Assembly: GCA_902545035.1 (NCBI GenBank)
Contig: CACCEJ010000005.1
Span: forward strand, 2,126 to 66,125
DNA from: an uncultured Pelagibacteraceae bacterium
Lineage (GTDB): Bacteria > Pseudomonadota > Alphaproteobacteria > Pelagibacterales > Pelagibacteraceae
Reading direction: 5' to 3'
Length of the DNA: 64,000 nt
Shown here: in pieces, positions 21,975 through 32,133 of the stretch
How the letters are laid out: each line of letters starts with the position of its first letter
How positions within the stretch are numbered: position 1 is the stretch's first letter
Program-made: the position numbers and the translations under genes
The notes under the pieces: model-generated
Told to the model about the DNA's origin: nothing
Seen by the model: only the letters and a program-made list of their open reading frames with translations
Databases searched by the model: none

Positions 21975-23274
21975 ATTTTTTAACTTTATTTGAAATATTT
22001 ACCTTTTTTTCGTTTACATATTCTTGATGGTTCTTCTCAATTTTGGCTAATTCATATCGATAATTAACCATCACACCAAAAGACCTCTTAAATCCAACTT
22101 CAGAAACATTAGCATTAATAGCTATGTCATCTATATCAGCTCCATTTTTTAGGTGAAATCTACATACATCATTAATTGGAAATCCAAAATCATTTTTTTG
22201 TTTTGCTAAATAATTTAAAGCTAATTTGCTAATTAATACTTTGCTATCTGCAATTCTCTTATCACCTATTTTTAAATCATTTGACTTTAAAAAGTCTAAA
22301 CTATTTTTGTTCACCTCTCCAAGTATTTTGGCTGCTTCAGAACTTTGCATATTTTTAAACCAATCAGCAAAACCTACCATTGGTGACAAAGTTCCAAAAT
22401 ATTTCACATCTGGTAACTCTTCTTGAAGTTCATAAACAACTCTTTTTATAAGAAAGTTTCCAAGTGTTACTCTTGAAAGCCCTTCTTGACAGTTGCTAAT
22501 TGAATAAAATGTTGCAGTATCATAATCTTTAATTTTTTCTTCTGACGGTCTAGTTAATTCTTGTATCGATTGGCTTAGACCTTTTGTTAATGCGATTTCT
22601 ACAAAAATAATTGGTTCATCTTCTAATGCAGGGTGAAAATATGCAAAAAATCTTCTGTCTTTACCGAGTCTTCTTTTTAACTCATTCATATCTTTCATAG
22701 AATGAACTTTTTCATATTTCAATAATTTTTCTAAGATTGCAGCTTTTGTATCCCAAGTAATTTTTCTTAGTTTTAAAAAACCTGGATTGAACCAATTTTT
22801 AAATATATCTATCAAATCATAATCTAAACTTTTTAATTCTGGATTTTCTTTCAACAATCTAAGTAAATCTTCTCTAAGTGATACAATCTCTGAGGTTCCG
22901 TTGGGAGCCATATTTAGTCTTACAAACAACTCTTTTCTAATTCCAGACGCTACTCTTGATAAGTTCAAAATTGAATAATCATCTTGATCATCACTGTATT
23001 TCTTTATTGCTTCATCTATTTTTAATGGATCTGGTTTATATTTTTGATTAACCTGTATTAAAAATTTATTTTTTTCCTCTATAGATAAATTTTGATATCT
23101 AAATAATATATCTCTTGCCAAAGTAATTCCAAATGCTGCACCTTTTGTAGATAACAAGTCATCACAAAGATCGATCAAATCTCTCTTTTTTGTAATACTT
23201 TTAAGAGATTTTTTTTCTAAAATCTTTTGTCCAGCATCAGCAATGGTTTCAAAAATTCTTTTTATATTTAGCAT
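21967..23274 (-). CDS. Malonyl-CoA decarboxylase (MatA/MCD family)
   Basis: RLNMAPNGT, WFNPGFL, YEKVH, FYSISNCQEGL..V.LGNFLIKRVV, TLSP, RFHLKNGA and GVMVNYRY motifs. Confidence 0.93.
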   Translation of the reverse strand: MLNIKRIFETIADAGQKILEKKSLKSITKKRDLIDLCDDLLSTKGAAFGITLARDILFRYQNLSIEEKNKFLIQVNQKYKPDPLKIDEAIKKYSDDQDDYSILNLSRVASGIRKELFVRLNMAPNGTSEIVSLREDLLRLLKENPELKSLDYDLIDIFKNWFNPGFLKLRKITWDTKAAILEKLLKYEKVHSMKDMNELKRRLGKDRRFFAYFHPALEDEPIIFVEIALTKGLSQSIQELTRPSEEKIKDYDTATFYSISNCQEGLSRVTLGNFLIKRVVYELQEELPDVKYFGTLSPMVGFADWFKNMQSSEAAKILGEVNKNSLDFLKSNDLKIGDKRIADSKVLISKLALNYLAKQKNDFGFPINDVCRFHLKNGADIDDIAINANVSEVGFKRSFGVMVNYRYELAKIEKNHQEYVNEKKVNISNKVKKYV

Positions 23275-23289
23275 GGTGTTTTTTATATA

Positions 23290-24621
23290 TTAAAAACCTA
23301 AACTTTTACCCATTATTTTATCTGGCAACCAAGTAACTATTTCAGGAAAAATACACAAAATTAATATAGCTAGAGCCATAATTATCATAAATGGTATAGA
23401 TCCTTTCAATATTTCTGACAGACTTACGTCTGGTGTAATACCTTTAATTATATAGAGGTTTAATCCAACAGGTGGGGTAATAAGACCAATTTCCATATTT
23501 ATTGTAAATACAATTGCAAACCAATAAGGGTCGAAGCCCAAAGTAGTTATAACTGGGAGCAATATCGCTGAAGTCATAACAATAACTGCCACTGGTGGTA
23601 AAAAGAAACCTGCAATTAAAAGAAAAATATTAATTAAAATAAATACAACCCATTTATTTGAACTTAACTCCACCATGCTTTGTGCTAATGATTGAGTTAC
23701 ATAAAGCTGTGATAATGTGAATGCGAATAGATAAGATGCGGCGATGATAAACATTATCATCACACTTTCTTTCATAGATACTTTGACAATGTTCCAGATT
23801 TTTTTTGGTTGATAAATTTTGTAAACAACAGCGATTAATACGAAAACTAAAAAAGCTCCAACACCAGATGCTTCTGAAGGTGTGGCTACTCCACCATACA
23901 AAACATAAAGAACACCAGCTATAATTGCTAAGAAAGGTAAAATTCTTGGCAAGACTTCAATTTTCTCTTTAAAAGTTGGAGGAGTTCTGCTCTTTAAAGC
24001 TTTTGCTGAATCTTTATCAATAAAATAACTATGTATGAGAGCCCATATAGCAAACATACCTGCTAACATAAATCCAGGTATCAAGCCACTTAAGAATAAT
24101 CTTCCAATTGATGTTCCTGTAGCAATTCCATAAACAATTAAAACAATGCTGGGAGGAATTAAAACTCCTAGCGTACCACCAGCTGCTATTGTCCCTGTTG
24201 CAATTTGATCTGAATACCCTCTTTTTCTCATCTCAGGTATTCCCATAGTTCCAATTGCTGCACATGTTGCAGGACTTGATCCACTTAAGGCTGCAAATAT
24301 TGAACAAGCACCAATATTAGAAATTACTAATCCACCTGGTACTCTCCAAAGCCATCTATCCAATCCTGTATATAGATCTTTTCCTGCTGGTGAGTTGGCA
24401 ACTGCCATTCCCATTAAAATAAACATAGGAATTGAAAGCAAAACAAACGAGTTTAGTCCTGCATAAAAAGTTTCTGCAAAAACATCTAACATTTGAAAAC
24501 CTTCAAATGCAACCAACAATGTTATAGAGACAAAGCTCAAACCAAATGCAATTGGTATTCCAGAAAATAAAACTACTAAAGTGAATACCGCTACGATGAT
24601 TGCTATTATTAATGGATCCAT
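23290..24621 (-). CDS. TRAP transporter large permease DctM (MatM-like)
   Basis: SGSSPATCAAIG, GGTLGVLIPPS, TPSE and IGLITPPVGLNL motifs. Confidence 0.95.
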   Translation of the reverse strand: MDPLIIAIIVAVFTLVVLFSGIPIAFGLSFVSITLLVAFEGFQMLDVFAETFYAGLNSFVLLSIPMFILMGMAVANSPAGKDLYTGLDRWLWRVPGGLVISNIGACSIFAALSGSSPATCAAIGTMGIPEMRKRGYSDQIATGTIAAGGTLGVLIPPSIVLIVYGIATGTSIGRLFLSGLIPGFMLAGMFAIWALIHSYFIDKDSAKALKSRTPPTFKEKIEVLPRILPFLAIIAGVLYVLYGGVATPSEASGVGAFLVFVLIAVVYKIYQPKKIWNIVKVSMKESVMIMFIIAASYLFAFTLSQLYVTQSLAQSMVELSSNKWVVFILINIFLLIAGFFLPPVAVIVMTSAILLPVITTLGFDPYWFAIVFTINMEIGLITPPVGLNLYIIKGITPDVSLSEILKGSIPFMIIMALAILILCIFPEIVTWLPDKIMGKSLGF

Positions 24622-25115
24622 TAGTAACTACTCTCTTCGTCTATAAGTTTAATTATTTCAGCAATATATTGAAGGATCATTAATGCTGCTCCTATCATCA
24701 TTGATGAATAAGGTATCCATAAGGGAGGATCCCAAACAGTTCCTGTTGAATAGTTTTTTGTAAATGCTTCCTCCACCATTAAATACCCAAAATAAAATAA
24801 GATTAAAAAAAATAATAAACTAATTAGTGATGTAAAAATTTTGAGTCTAAGAATATTTTTCTTTGATAAAAAATCATAAATCCATTCCATGCTCACATGA
24901 GCTTTTTCACTTAAAACATACGCACTTCCTATAAAAGTTGAAGCTACTAAAAGCATTGTCACTAGCTCTGTTTGCCAAGTGATTGCTCTTTGAAAGAAAT
25001 ATCTTTCAAAAACCAACTCTACAATAACTAAGATTGATAGGAGCAGAGCTAAAACAGCAAAAGCACCACATGCTTGTGAGCTAAAGTTACAGAATTTTAA
25101 ATATTTTTGTTTCAT
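24621..25115 (-). CDS. TRAP transporter small permease DctQ
   Basis: Four TM helices with ERY, WQTE and AHVS; lies between DctP and DctM. Confidence 0.9.
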   Translation of the reverse strand: MKQKYLKFCNFSSQACGAFAVLALLLSILVIVELVFERYFFQRAITWQTELVTMLLVASTFIGSAYVLSEKAHVSMEWIYDFLSKKNILRLKIFTSLISLLFFLILFYFGYLMVEEAFTKNYSTGTVWDPPLWIPYSSMMIGAALMILQYIAEIIKLIDEESSY

Positions 25116-25151
25116 AAAAAAAACCCCTATTTAATATTTTAAATAGGGGTT
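25116..25151 (-). terminator. Intrinsic terminator-like hairpin between dctP and dctQ
   Basis: Stem AACCCCTATTTA/TAAATAGGGGTT (25122-25151), followed on the minus strand by a T-run that reaches the dctQ ATG. Confidence 0.75.
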
Positions 25152-25165
25152 CTTTATATATCTTT

Positions 25166-26176
25166 TTATTTAACTGCTAAAGCCATTTCCATTAGCTTAT
25201 CGCCACCTGGAACTTTTTCAGCAAATGCTTTGTGTGAAGATTGTTTAGCAATCTCAACCCAAGCCGCATGGTCGTTTGCATCCATATATACTAATTTTAC
25301 TCCTGCTGCTTTATAAGCGTCTTCAAATTTTTTATCTAAATTTTCAACTTGCGCAGTCATATATTTTTCAGCAACTTTACCAGCTTTCATTAAAGCATCT
25401 TGTTGTTTTGAATTTAATTTATCAAAGCTCATTTTTGACATCAAAATTGGCTCATACATAAACCACAATCCAAACTTTCCTGGAGGTGTTGCACATGTTA
25501 CTTGTTCATAAATTTTATAACTAACAAAACTACCTGAACTAGTATTTGCACCAGTTAATACTCCAGTTTGCAATCCAGTATAAATTTCTGATGAGGGCAT
25601 ACTTTGAATACCAGCGCCAGCTGCCTCTAACATTTGGTTAAAAGCTTTACCAGCTGCTCTCATTACTTGTCCTTTAGCATCTGACGGATTTTTAATACAT
25701 TTTGACTTAGATGCAAAACCACCACCAAGCCAAGCATCAGAAAGAACAACAACACCAGCATCATTAATGATTCTCTTGATTTCAGTCATCATTGGACCTT
25801 TATTAAATCTTAATGCATGATCATGATTTTTAACTGTTCCTGGCATTAAAGTTGCATCAAATTCTGGATGGAATTTTGATGCGTACGCTAATGGGAATGC
25901 TGAAATATCTAACTGACCAGTTGTCATTGGTTTCCATTGTTCTTTTGGTTTATATAATGATTTTGCTGGGTAAATTCTAATATCTAAATCTACTCCTGCT
26001 TTTTTAACTTCATCTGCAATTATTTGAACCATTTCATGTCTTGGATCGTAAGAACCATCTGCTCTAGGCGTTCCTGGCCATTGGTGACTTGCTTTTAGAG
26101 TCACAGCATATGCTGATCCAATTAATGAGAAAGCTAAAAATAATGTTGTGAAATAAAAACTTATTTTTTTTAACAT
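25166..26176 (-). CDS. TRAP transporter substrate-binding protein DctP (MatP-like)
   Basis: Signal peptide, LKASHQWP, KGQVMRAAG and SSEIYTGLQTGVL motifs. Confidence 0.93.
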   Translation of the reverse strand: MLKKISFYFTTLFLAFSLIGSAYAVTLKASHQWPGTPRADGSYDPRHEMVQIIADEVKKAGVDLDIRIYPAKSLYKPKEQWKPMTTGQLDISAFPLAYASKFHPEFDATLMPGTVKNHDHALRFNKGPMMTEIKRIINDAGVVVLSDAWLGGGFASKSKCIKNPSDAKGQVMRAAGKAFNQMLEAAGAGIQSMPSSEIYTGLQTGVLTGANTSSGSFVSYKIYEQVTCATPPGKFGLWFMYEPILMSKMSFDKLNSKQQDALMKAGKVAEKYMTAQVENLDKKFEDAYKAAGVKLVYMDANDHAAWVEIAKQSSHKAFAEKVPGGDKLMEMALAVK

Positions 26177-26264
26177 TTTTTCCCCTCTTTAAATTAATTT
26201 AATAATGATATTAAATTGAACTTATGGGCAAGAGTCAATATAAGGAAATGTCGTATATTTTATT

Positions 26265-27407
26265 ATGGATGGACCATTAAAAAATTTATTAGTTGTTGAT
26301 TTAACAAGGGTTTTGGTAGGACCTTATTGTACAATGATACTCTCAGATTTAGGTGCGAGAGTTATTAAAATTGAAGCACCTGAAACAGGTGACGACTCCA
26401 GAAAATTTGGACCTTTTGTAAAAAATTATTCTGCATACTTTATGTCGTTAAATAGAGGAAAAGAAAGTATCGCTTTGAATTTGAAGAACGATGAAGATAA
26501 AAAAATATTTGATAAAATATTATCAAAAGCAGATATTTTAGTTGAAAACTTTAAACCTGGCACATTAGAAAAGTGGGGTTTTGGCTGGAAAGATGTAAGT
26601 AAGAAATATCCTAAATTAATTTATGCATCGGCATCAGGGTTTGGTCAAACTGGACCTTTAAAAGAGCTCCCTGCATATGACATGGTTGTTCAAGGTATGG
26701 GAGGATTGATGAGTGTGACTGGCCATCCAAATTCTGATCCAACACGGGTAGGAACCTCTATTGGTGATATTACTGCAGGTCTATTTACAGCAATTGGAAT
26801 TAATGCAGCATTGTACGATAGACAAAAAACAGGAAAAGGAGCTTTCATAGATGTCTCTATGTTAGATTGTCAAATAGCAATTTTAGAAAATGCAATTGCA
26901 AGATACCTTTCCAAAAATGAAATTCCAGGACCAATGGGCTCAAGACATCCTTCTATTGCTCCCTTTGAGGCTTTTAAAACAAAAGATAGTTACATAATTA
27001 TTGCTGCGGGAAATGATAAACTTTTTGCAAAACTTTGCGAAGTATTAAAAATTCCTGAAACTACACATGATGAAAGATTTAATTCTAATTCATTAAGATG
27101 TGAAAATATGGATAAATTAAAAGAAATTTTTGAAAAAAAATTACTTTCAAAATCGACAAATGAATGGGTAAAGGAAATGGAGGCATTGAAAATTCCATGC
27201 GGACCAATTTTTAATATAAAACAAGCTGTAGAAAATCCTCAAATTCAAGAAAGAAATATGATTGTAAAGTCATACCACAAAATTATTGGTGAATTTAAAT
27301 CTGCTGGAAACCCAATTAAGATGTCTACCTATAAGGATGAAAATACAAGAGGTGACATTCCTGATTTAGATGAACACAGGGAAAAAATAATTAAGGAATT
27401 TATTTAA
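26265..27407 (+). CDS. Family III (CaiB/BaiF) CoA-transferase
   Basis: DLTRVLVGPYCT..LSDLGARVIKIE, LNRGKES, ENFKPG, SGFGQTGP and AYD motifs. Confidence 0.93.
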   Translation: MDGPLKNLLVVDLTRVLVGPYCTMILSDLGARVIKIEAPETGDDSRKFGPFVKNYSAYFMSLNRGKESIALNLKNDEDKKIFDKILSKADILVENFKPGTLEKWGFGWKDVSKKYPKLIYASASGFGQTGPLKELPAYDMVVQGMGGLMSVTGHPNSDPTRVGTSIGDITAGLFTAIGINAALYDRQKTGKGAFIDVSMLDCQIAILENAIARYLSKNEIPGPMGSRHPSIAPFEAFKTKDSYIIIAAGNDKLFAKLCEVLKIPETTHDERFNSNSLRCENMDKLKEIFEKKLLSKSTNEWVKEMEALKIPCGPIFNIKQAVENPQIQERNMIVKSYHKIIGEFKSAGNPIKMSTYKDENTRGDIPDLDEHREKIIKEFI

Positions 27408-27408
27408 T

Positions 27409-27927
27409 TTATTCTTGATTTTCAGTTTCGTTAGATACAGTCTCTTCTTGATCTTTCATTTCATCTAATGAAACATCAGCCTCTTCATCTTGTATTTCTT
27501 CAACAGGATCAGAAGTGGGTTGTTCAGCTGTATTTTGTAACTCTGCTAAATCATCTTTAGAAACTTGAATTTTTTCTGGAATTTTTCTAGCTCTTTTAGA
27601 AGGAAGGATTGGCACTCCACTTTTTGAAATCTCACCTTTGTATAAATTTTCAAAATCGTCACCTATATCATCTTCATCCTCTGAAGTGTCATCAATTTGC
27701 TCAACATGTTTTCTTAATTTGTAAACTGCAGCCTCAGTTAAATCTTGAACTTTAATTTTTTCCTCAGCTATTTCTCTTAATGCTATGACAGTGTTTTTGT
27801 CATTATCTCTATCTAAAGTAGGCTCTAATCCTGAGTTAAGTTGTGTAGCTCTTTCCTTTGCAACTAAAACTAATTCATAAGGACTTTCTACTTTATCAAT
27901 ACAATCTTCTACTGTAACTCTTGCCAT
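27409..27927 (-). CDS. rpoZ: RNA polymerase omega subunit with long acidic C-terminal tail
   Basis: MARVTVEDC...ELVLVA..RA...[12 protein letters not shown]. Confidence 0.95.
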   Translation of the reverse strand: MARVTVEDCIDKVESPYELVLVAKERATQLNSGLEPTLDRDNDKNTVIALREIAEEKIKVQDLTEAAVYKLRKHVEQIDDTSEDEDDIGDDFENLYKGEISKSGVPILPSKRARKIPEKIQVSKDDLAELQNTAEQPTSDPVEEIQDEEADVSLDEMKDQEETVSNETENQE

Positions 27928-27969
27928 GGACGGTTAGATACACCCCGATTGTAAAAAAATCAAGCAGTA

Positions 27970-29178
27970 TTAGATATAAACTGGGTTTAATTTTTTTCTA
28001 ATGCTGAAAAGCAAGGCTATAGAGCACGCAATAGCAATTGCTGCAATAAATGCGATTTTTTCAATTGAAAATCCAGCATCTATAAAAAAGCCAAATAATG
28101 CAGTACCAAAAGCAGTTGCAAATACCATTAAAGCAGTAGTCAAAGCTTTTATAGATCCAATATATTTTACACCGTAAATCTCTGCCCATGTTGATGATCC
28201 TAATAAGTTTGCTAGACCGTTTGATATTCCTACCAGTCCAAGAAATAAAAAAGCGGTTTGCGGAGCATCAAAATATATGATGACTAGTGTTCCTAAGAAT
28301 AATGGAATATTCATATAGATTAGTAATTTTCTACTTGTAAACTTATCAATTAAATAACCAGCAATAATTAAAGTAATTACAGAAAAAATTGAGTAAGACA
28401 TAAAAGATTGCGCAATTGTGTATTCACCCCACCCTTTTGAATTAGTGACAAATGATTGATATACAAATACTCCTGTAGCTATCCAGGGCATTGCCAACAT
28501 GTTTAATGAGACAATATAAAATCTATAATCTCCAAGAACTTCTATTCTTTTCCAGTTTTTTATATTTTCTTCCTTTAAAATTTTGTTTTGACTACCCTCT
28601 CTAGTGTCTAATTTGACCTCTTTAACTAAAATATAAGACGCTAAAGGCAGACAAATTAAAACTATTAAAGAAAAGATTACCCATAGATCTTGCCAAACAA
28701 TAAGAGTTAAAAGATAAACAATGAGTACAGGCATTATGAACTCTGCAGAGGATAAACCAAACCAAATAATACTTAATGCTTTACCTCTCGATTTTGTAAA
28801 ATATCTTGAAATAGTGGTTGAAGCTGTGTGAGACATTAATCCTTGTCCAGAAAACCTCATTAAAAAAATTGCAACAAATAGAAAAGCTACTGATGATGTT
28901 TTAGAAAAGAAAAAAGAAGAGAATGACAAAAGTATAGTAACAAAAATTGCAAATTTTAGTACATTTACATCATCAATTTTTTTTCCAATCCATATTAGAA
29001 GTAAACTACTAAATAGAGTAGCTGAAGCATAAATCGTGCCAAATTGTCCATGTGTAATAGAAAGTGTTTCTCTGATGCTTGAATTAAATAAACCTATAAA
29101 AAAACTCTGTCCAAAACATGAAAAAAATGTAAAAATAAATCCAAAAATAATTACTTTTAAACTTAAACTTTTAAACAT
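27970..29178 (-). CDS. MFS transporter
   Basis: About 12 TM helices with GQSFFIGLF, GKKIDD and RGKALS. Confidence 0.9.
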   Translation of the reverse strand: MFKSLSLKVIIFGFIFTFFSCFGQSFFIGLFNSSIRETLSITHGQFGTIYASATLFSSLLLIWIGKKIDDVNVLKFAIFVTILLSFSSFFFSKTSSVAFLFVAIFLMRFSGQGLMSHTASTTISRYFTKSRGKALSIIWFGLSSAEFIMPVLIVYLLTLIVWQDLWVIFSLIVLICLPLASYILVKEVKLDTREGSQNKILKEENIKNWKRIEVLGDYRFYIVSLNMLAMPWIATGVFVYQSFVTNSKGWGEYTIAQSFMSYSIFSVITLIIAGYLIDKFTSRKLLIYMNIPLFLGTLVIIYFDAPQTAFLFLGLVGISNGLANLLGSSTWAEIYGVKYIGSIKALTTALMVFATAFGTALFGFFIDAGFSIEKIAFIAAIAIACSIALLFSIRKKLNPVYI

Positions 29179-29189
29179 ATAAATAATTT

Positions 29190-30065
29190 ATGACTTGTAA
29201 TGTTGCTTTCATAGGTCTCGGGGTAATGGGTTATCCGATGGCTGGTTATATATCAAAAGCTGGGCACAATGTAACTGTTTTTAATAGAACAACTGCTAAA
29301 GCTGAAAAGTGGATCACTGAATATAAAGGTAAAATGGCTTCAACACCAAAAGAAGCTGCGAAAGGTGCTGATTTTATTTTTACTTGTGTAGGTAACGATG
29401 AAGATTTGAAACAAGTAACTTTAGGTGAAAACGGATTATTTCATAGCGCTAAAGAGGGTTCAATCTACGTGGATAATTCAACTGTATCAGCAGAAGTATC
29501 AAGAGAACTTTATGGTAAAGCGAAAGAAAAAGGATTTGCATTTTTAGATGCACCAATTTCTGGAGGACAATCTGGAGCTGAAGGCGGAATTCTTACAGTT
29601 ATGGTTGGGGGTGATGAAGAAGTTTTCAAAAAAGTAGAGCCAGTGATTGATTGCTATAGTAAAAAAGTAAAATTAATTGGTCCATCAGGAAGTGGTCAAC
29701 TTACAAAAATGATGAACCAAATGTGTATTGCAGGTGTTGTTCAAGGTCTATCAGAAGCTATCAATTTTGGAATAAATGCTGGTTTAGATATTGATAAAGT
29801 AATGGAAACTATTTCAAAAGGAGCTGCTCAATCATGGCAGATGGAAAACAGATATAAAACTATGGTTGAGGATAAATTTGATTATGGTTTTGCAGTAGAT
29901 TGGATGAGAAAAGATTTAAAAATCGTAATTGAAGAAGCGAAAAGAAATGGTTCACCGGTTCCAATTACTGAAATAGTTGATGAATATTATGCTGATGTTC
30001 AAAAAATGGGTGGTAATCGTTGGGATAGCTCTAGTTTAATAGCTAGACTCAAAAAAAAGAAGTAA
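29190..30065 (+). CDS. NAD(P)-dependent beta-hydroxyacid dehydrogenase (3-hydroxyisobutyrate DH/GarR family)
   Basis: FIGLGVMGYPMA, LDAPISGG and GQLTKMMNQ motifs. Confidence 0.9.
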   Translation: MTCNVAFIGLGVMGYPMAGYISKAGHNVTVFNRTTAKAEKWITEYKGKMASTPKEAAKGADFIFTCVGNDEDLKQVTLGENGLFHSAKEGSIYVDNSTVSAEVSRELYGKAKEKGFAFLDAPISGGQSGAEGGILTVMVGGDEEVFKKVEPVIDCYSKKVKLIGPSGSGQLTKMMNQMCIAGVVQGLSEAINFGINAGLDIDKVMETISKGAAQSWQMENRYKTMVEDKFDYGFAVDWMRKDLKIVIEEAKRNGSPVPITEIVDEYYADVQKMGGNRWDSSSLIARLKKKK

Positions 30066-30069
30066 TCCA

Positions 30070-30675
30070 ATGTCAAATGCCGTCCCATACTATGAGGACT
30101 TTTCTGAAATAAAGAAAAAAATATGGTCGATGCTTGATGATGCTGTAACGAATAGATCATCTCCTTTTAGAATCCCGGTTTTTGTTTGTGGAGATCAATC
30201 AGAATTTGATGGAAGAATAGTAGTTCTTAGAAAATCTGACCAATCAAATAATCTTCTCCAGTTTCATAGTGATATTAGATCAGATAAAATTCCAAAATTA
30301 AAAAAAAACAGCCGTGCAGCGTTCATATTCTATGACAAAGAAGAAAAGATTCAGCTTAGAGTAAAAGTAAATTGCACCATAAACCATAATAATGAAATCA
30401 CAGAACAATCTTGGTTAAAAACAGCTCATGTAAGTCGTAAATGTTATTTAGTAAATAATGGACCAGGAACAGAAATTGATGAACCTGGATCTGGTTTAAA
30501 TGATGATATTGAAAAATCTGGCTTTACAATGGAGCAAAGTGAAGAAGGTTATAAAAATTTTACAGTAATTCAGTGCAAAATAATAAATATTGAGTGGCTA
30601 TATTTGGCTGCAAAAGGTCATAGGAGAGCCAGACTTGATATTGAAAATAACAAAGAAAATTGGTTAGTTCCATAA
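30070..30675 (+). CDS. Pyridoxamine 5'-phosphate oxidase-like FMN-binding protein
   Basis: RIVVLR, FHSDIRSDK, FYD..EKIQLR, EWLYL...GHRRA and terminal WLVP. Confidence 0.85.
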   Translation: MSNAVPYYEDFSEIKKKIWSMLDDAVTNRSSPFRIPVFVCGDQSEFDGRIVVLRKSDQSNNLLQFHSDIRSDKIPKLKKNSRAAFIFYDKEEKIQLRVKVNCTINHNNEITEQSWLKTAHVSRKCYLVNNGPGTEIDEPGSGLNDDIEKSGFTMEQSEEGYKNFTVIQCKIINIEWLYLAAKGHRRARLDIENNKENWLVP

Positions 30676-30678
30676 ATA

Positions 30679-31083
30679 ATGTCAAAAAAATACGAAGCAA
30701 TGGTTCTTTCATGTATAGATCCAAGATTTCAAAAACCAGTTCATAAGCATTTAAAAGATAAAAAACTAACTGGTAGATTTAGTGCTTTTACTATTGCGGG
30801 TGGTTCAATTGGTGTAACAAATAATAAATTTAAAAAATGGCACTCAACATTCTGGGAAAATTTAGAAACCTCAATAAATTTGCACAAAATTAACAAACTA
30901 ATAGTATTAAATCACAATGATTGTGGAGCTGTTAAAATTGTAAATAACAATAAAAATTTTAATTCGAGAATTGAAAACGCAATACATAAAAAATCATTTA
31001 ATAAGTTAAAGAAAACTTTGAAGAAAAAATTTCCCAAAATTAAAGTTTCATTTAAAATATTATCTCTCAAAAATGCTTTATAA
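30679..31083 (+). CDS. Small beta-class carbonic anhydrase-like protein
   Basis: Zinc ligand motifs C-I-D-P-R and H-N-D-C-G. Confidence 0.8.
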   Translation: MSKKYEAMVLSCIDPRFQKPVHKHLKDKKLTGRFSAFTIAGGSIGVTNNKFKKWHSTFWENLETSINLHKINKLIVLNHNDCGAVKIVNNNKNFNSRIENAIHKKSFNKLKKTLKKKFPKIKVSFKILSLKNAL

Positions 31084-31273
31084 TTTTATACTTTATTTAT
31101 CTTTGATAATATTAGGTCTCCTTGTAATGAGATTTGGTATATTTCAAATTAGAAAATTTAAAAAAGGTGAAACTAAAGTCACTAAGAAAATTAGTGAGCA
31201 AATAGCTTTTATAATATTTTTTCTAATAATTTTAGGATTAATTGTTTACTCAATCAATGATTTGCTTTTCTAG
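31073..31273 (+). CDS. Small two-TM membrane protein
   Basis: Two hydrophobic helices; overlaps the upstream gene's stop region. Confidence 0.55.
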   Translation: MLYNFILYLSLIILGLLVMRFGIFQIRKFKKGETKVTKKISEQIAFIIFFLIILGLIVYSINDLLF

Positions 31274-32133
31274 AAATTATTGAAATCTTTGTATCTATTA
31301 TATGTACACCAAGTACGTTTCTTTTTGATTTTTTTAAGTTTTTTATGAGAGTATCTATCTCTCCATTTATAATTGCTATCAGGAGATATACCTCTACCAA
31401 CTTCTGCAGCCATTGCACATTTCAGGTATACAGGATTAAATGGTGTGCTAGAAGTCGGGTCTAAAAAGACAGAGTCTTTAAAATCCGGACAAGTAGGATC
31501 TTTATGATTATATAATGAGCCTAATTTATATTTATCACCTCCATCTGGACCTCCAATTATAGTTCCAGTTTTATGTCCATTTTTATTTCCTTTTGTACAT
31601 GCCCATGCAAATCCATTTACATGCATTAATTCATGTAAGGTAATTAGAATTCTTTTATTTTTACTTCGGTTATGTTTACTTTTTAAAAAAATGTATCCAT
31701 GGTGAACACTTCCTTGTCCCCCATCTCTATGTCCTACGTCAACCCATGCAAAGTACAATTTATTAGGATTATTAAAACCTAATTTTGTTAAGTAAGCGTC
31801 AGGGTAATTCATCCCGTAGTTTCCTTCATATTGTTTGTCAAATCTAACAAAAGAAATATCTATTTTGCCATCTTCCCTTAAGTCATACCTAAACTTCTGA
31901 TTACCCTTTGTCATTTCGAGCATTTTTTCATTGGCCTCTAATAATTCCTTCTCCATTTTTCCATTGATATCCCATTCTCTATCCTCGCTATCTTTGTTTA
32001 AGAGATAAATAAAATGAACTTGAGGTTCATCCGTTACATCTGGTTGATCTTCAAAATATCTTCCAGCTTTTTCATCTGATGCAAAAACGGCATTTGAAAT
32101 TAGGGAAAAAACTATTACGAATATTTTAATCAT
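31270..32133 (-). CDS. Secreted hypothetical protein with zincin-like HExxH motif
   Basis: Signal peptide and HELMHVNG motif. Confidence 0.65.
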   Translation of the reverse strand: MIKIFVIVFSLISNAVFASDEKAGRYFEDQPDVTDEPQVHFIYLLNKDSEDREWDINGKMEKELLEANEKMLEMTKGNQKFRYDLREDGKIDISFVRFDKQYEGNYGMNYPDAYLTKLGFNNPNKLYFAWVDVGHRDGGQGSVHHGYIFLKSKHNRSKNKRILITLHELMHVNGFAWACTKGNKNGHKTGTIIGGPDGGDKYKLGSLYNHKDPTCPDFKDSVFLDPTSSTPFNPVYLKCAMAAEVGRGISPDSNYKWRDRYSHKKLKKIKKKRTWCTYNRYKDFNNF

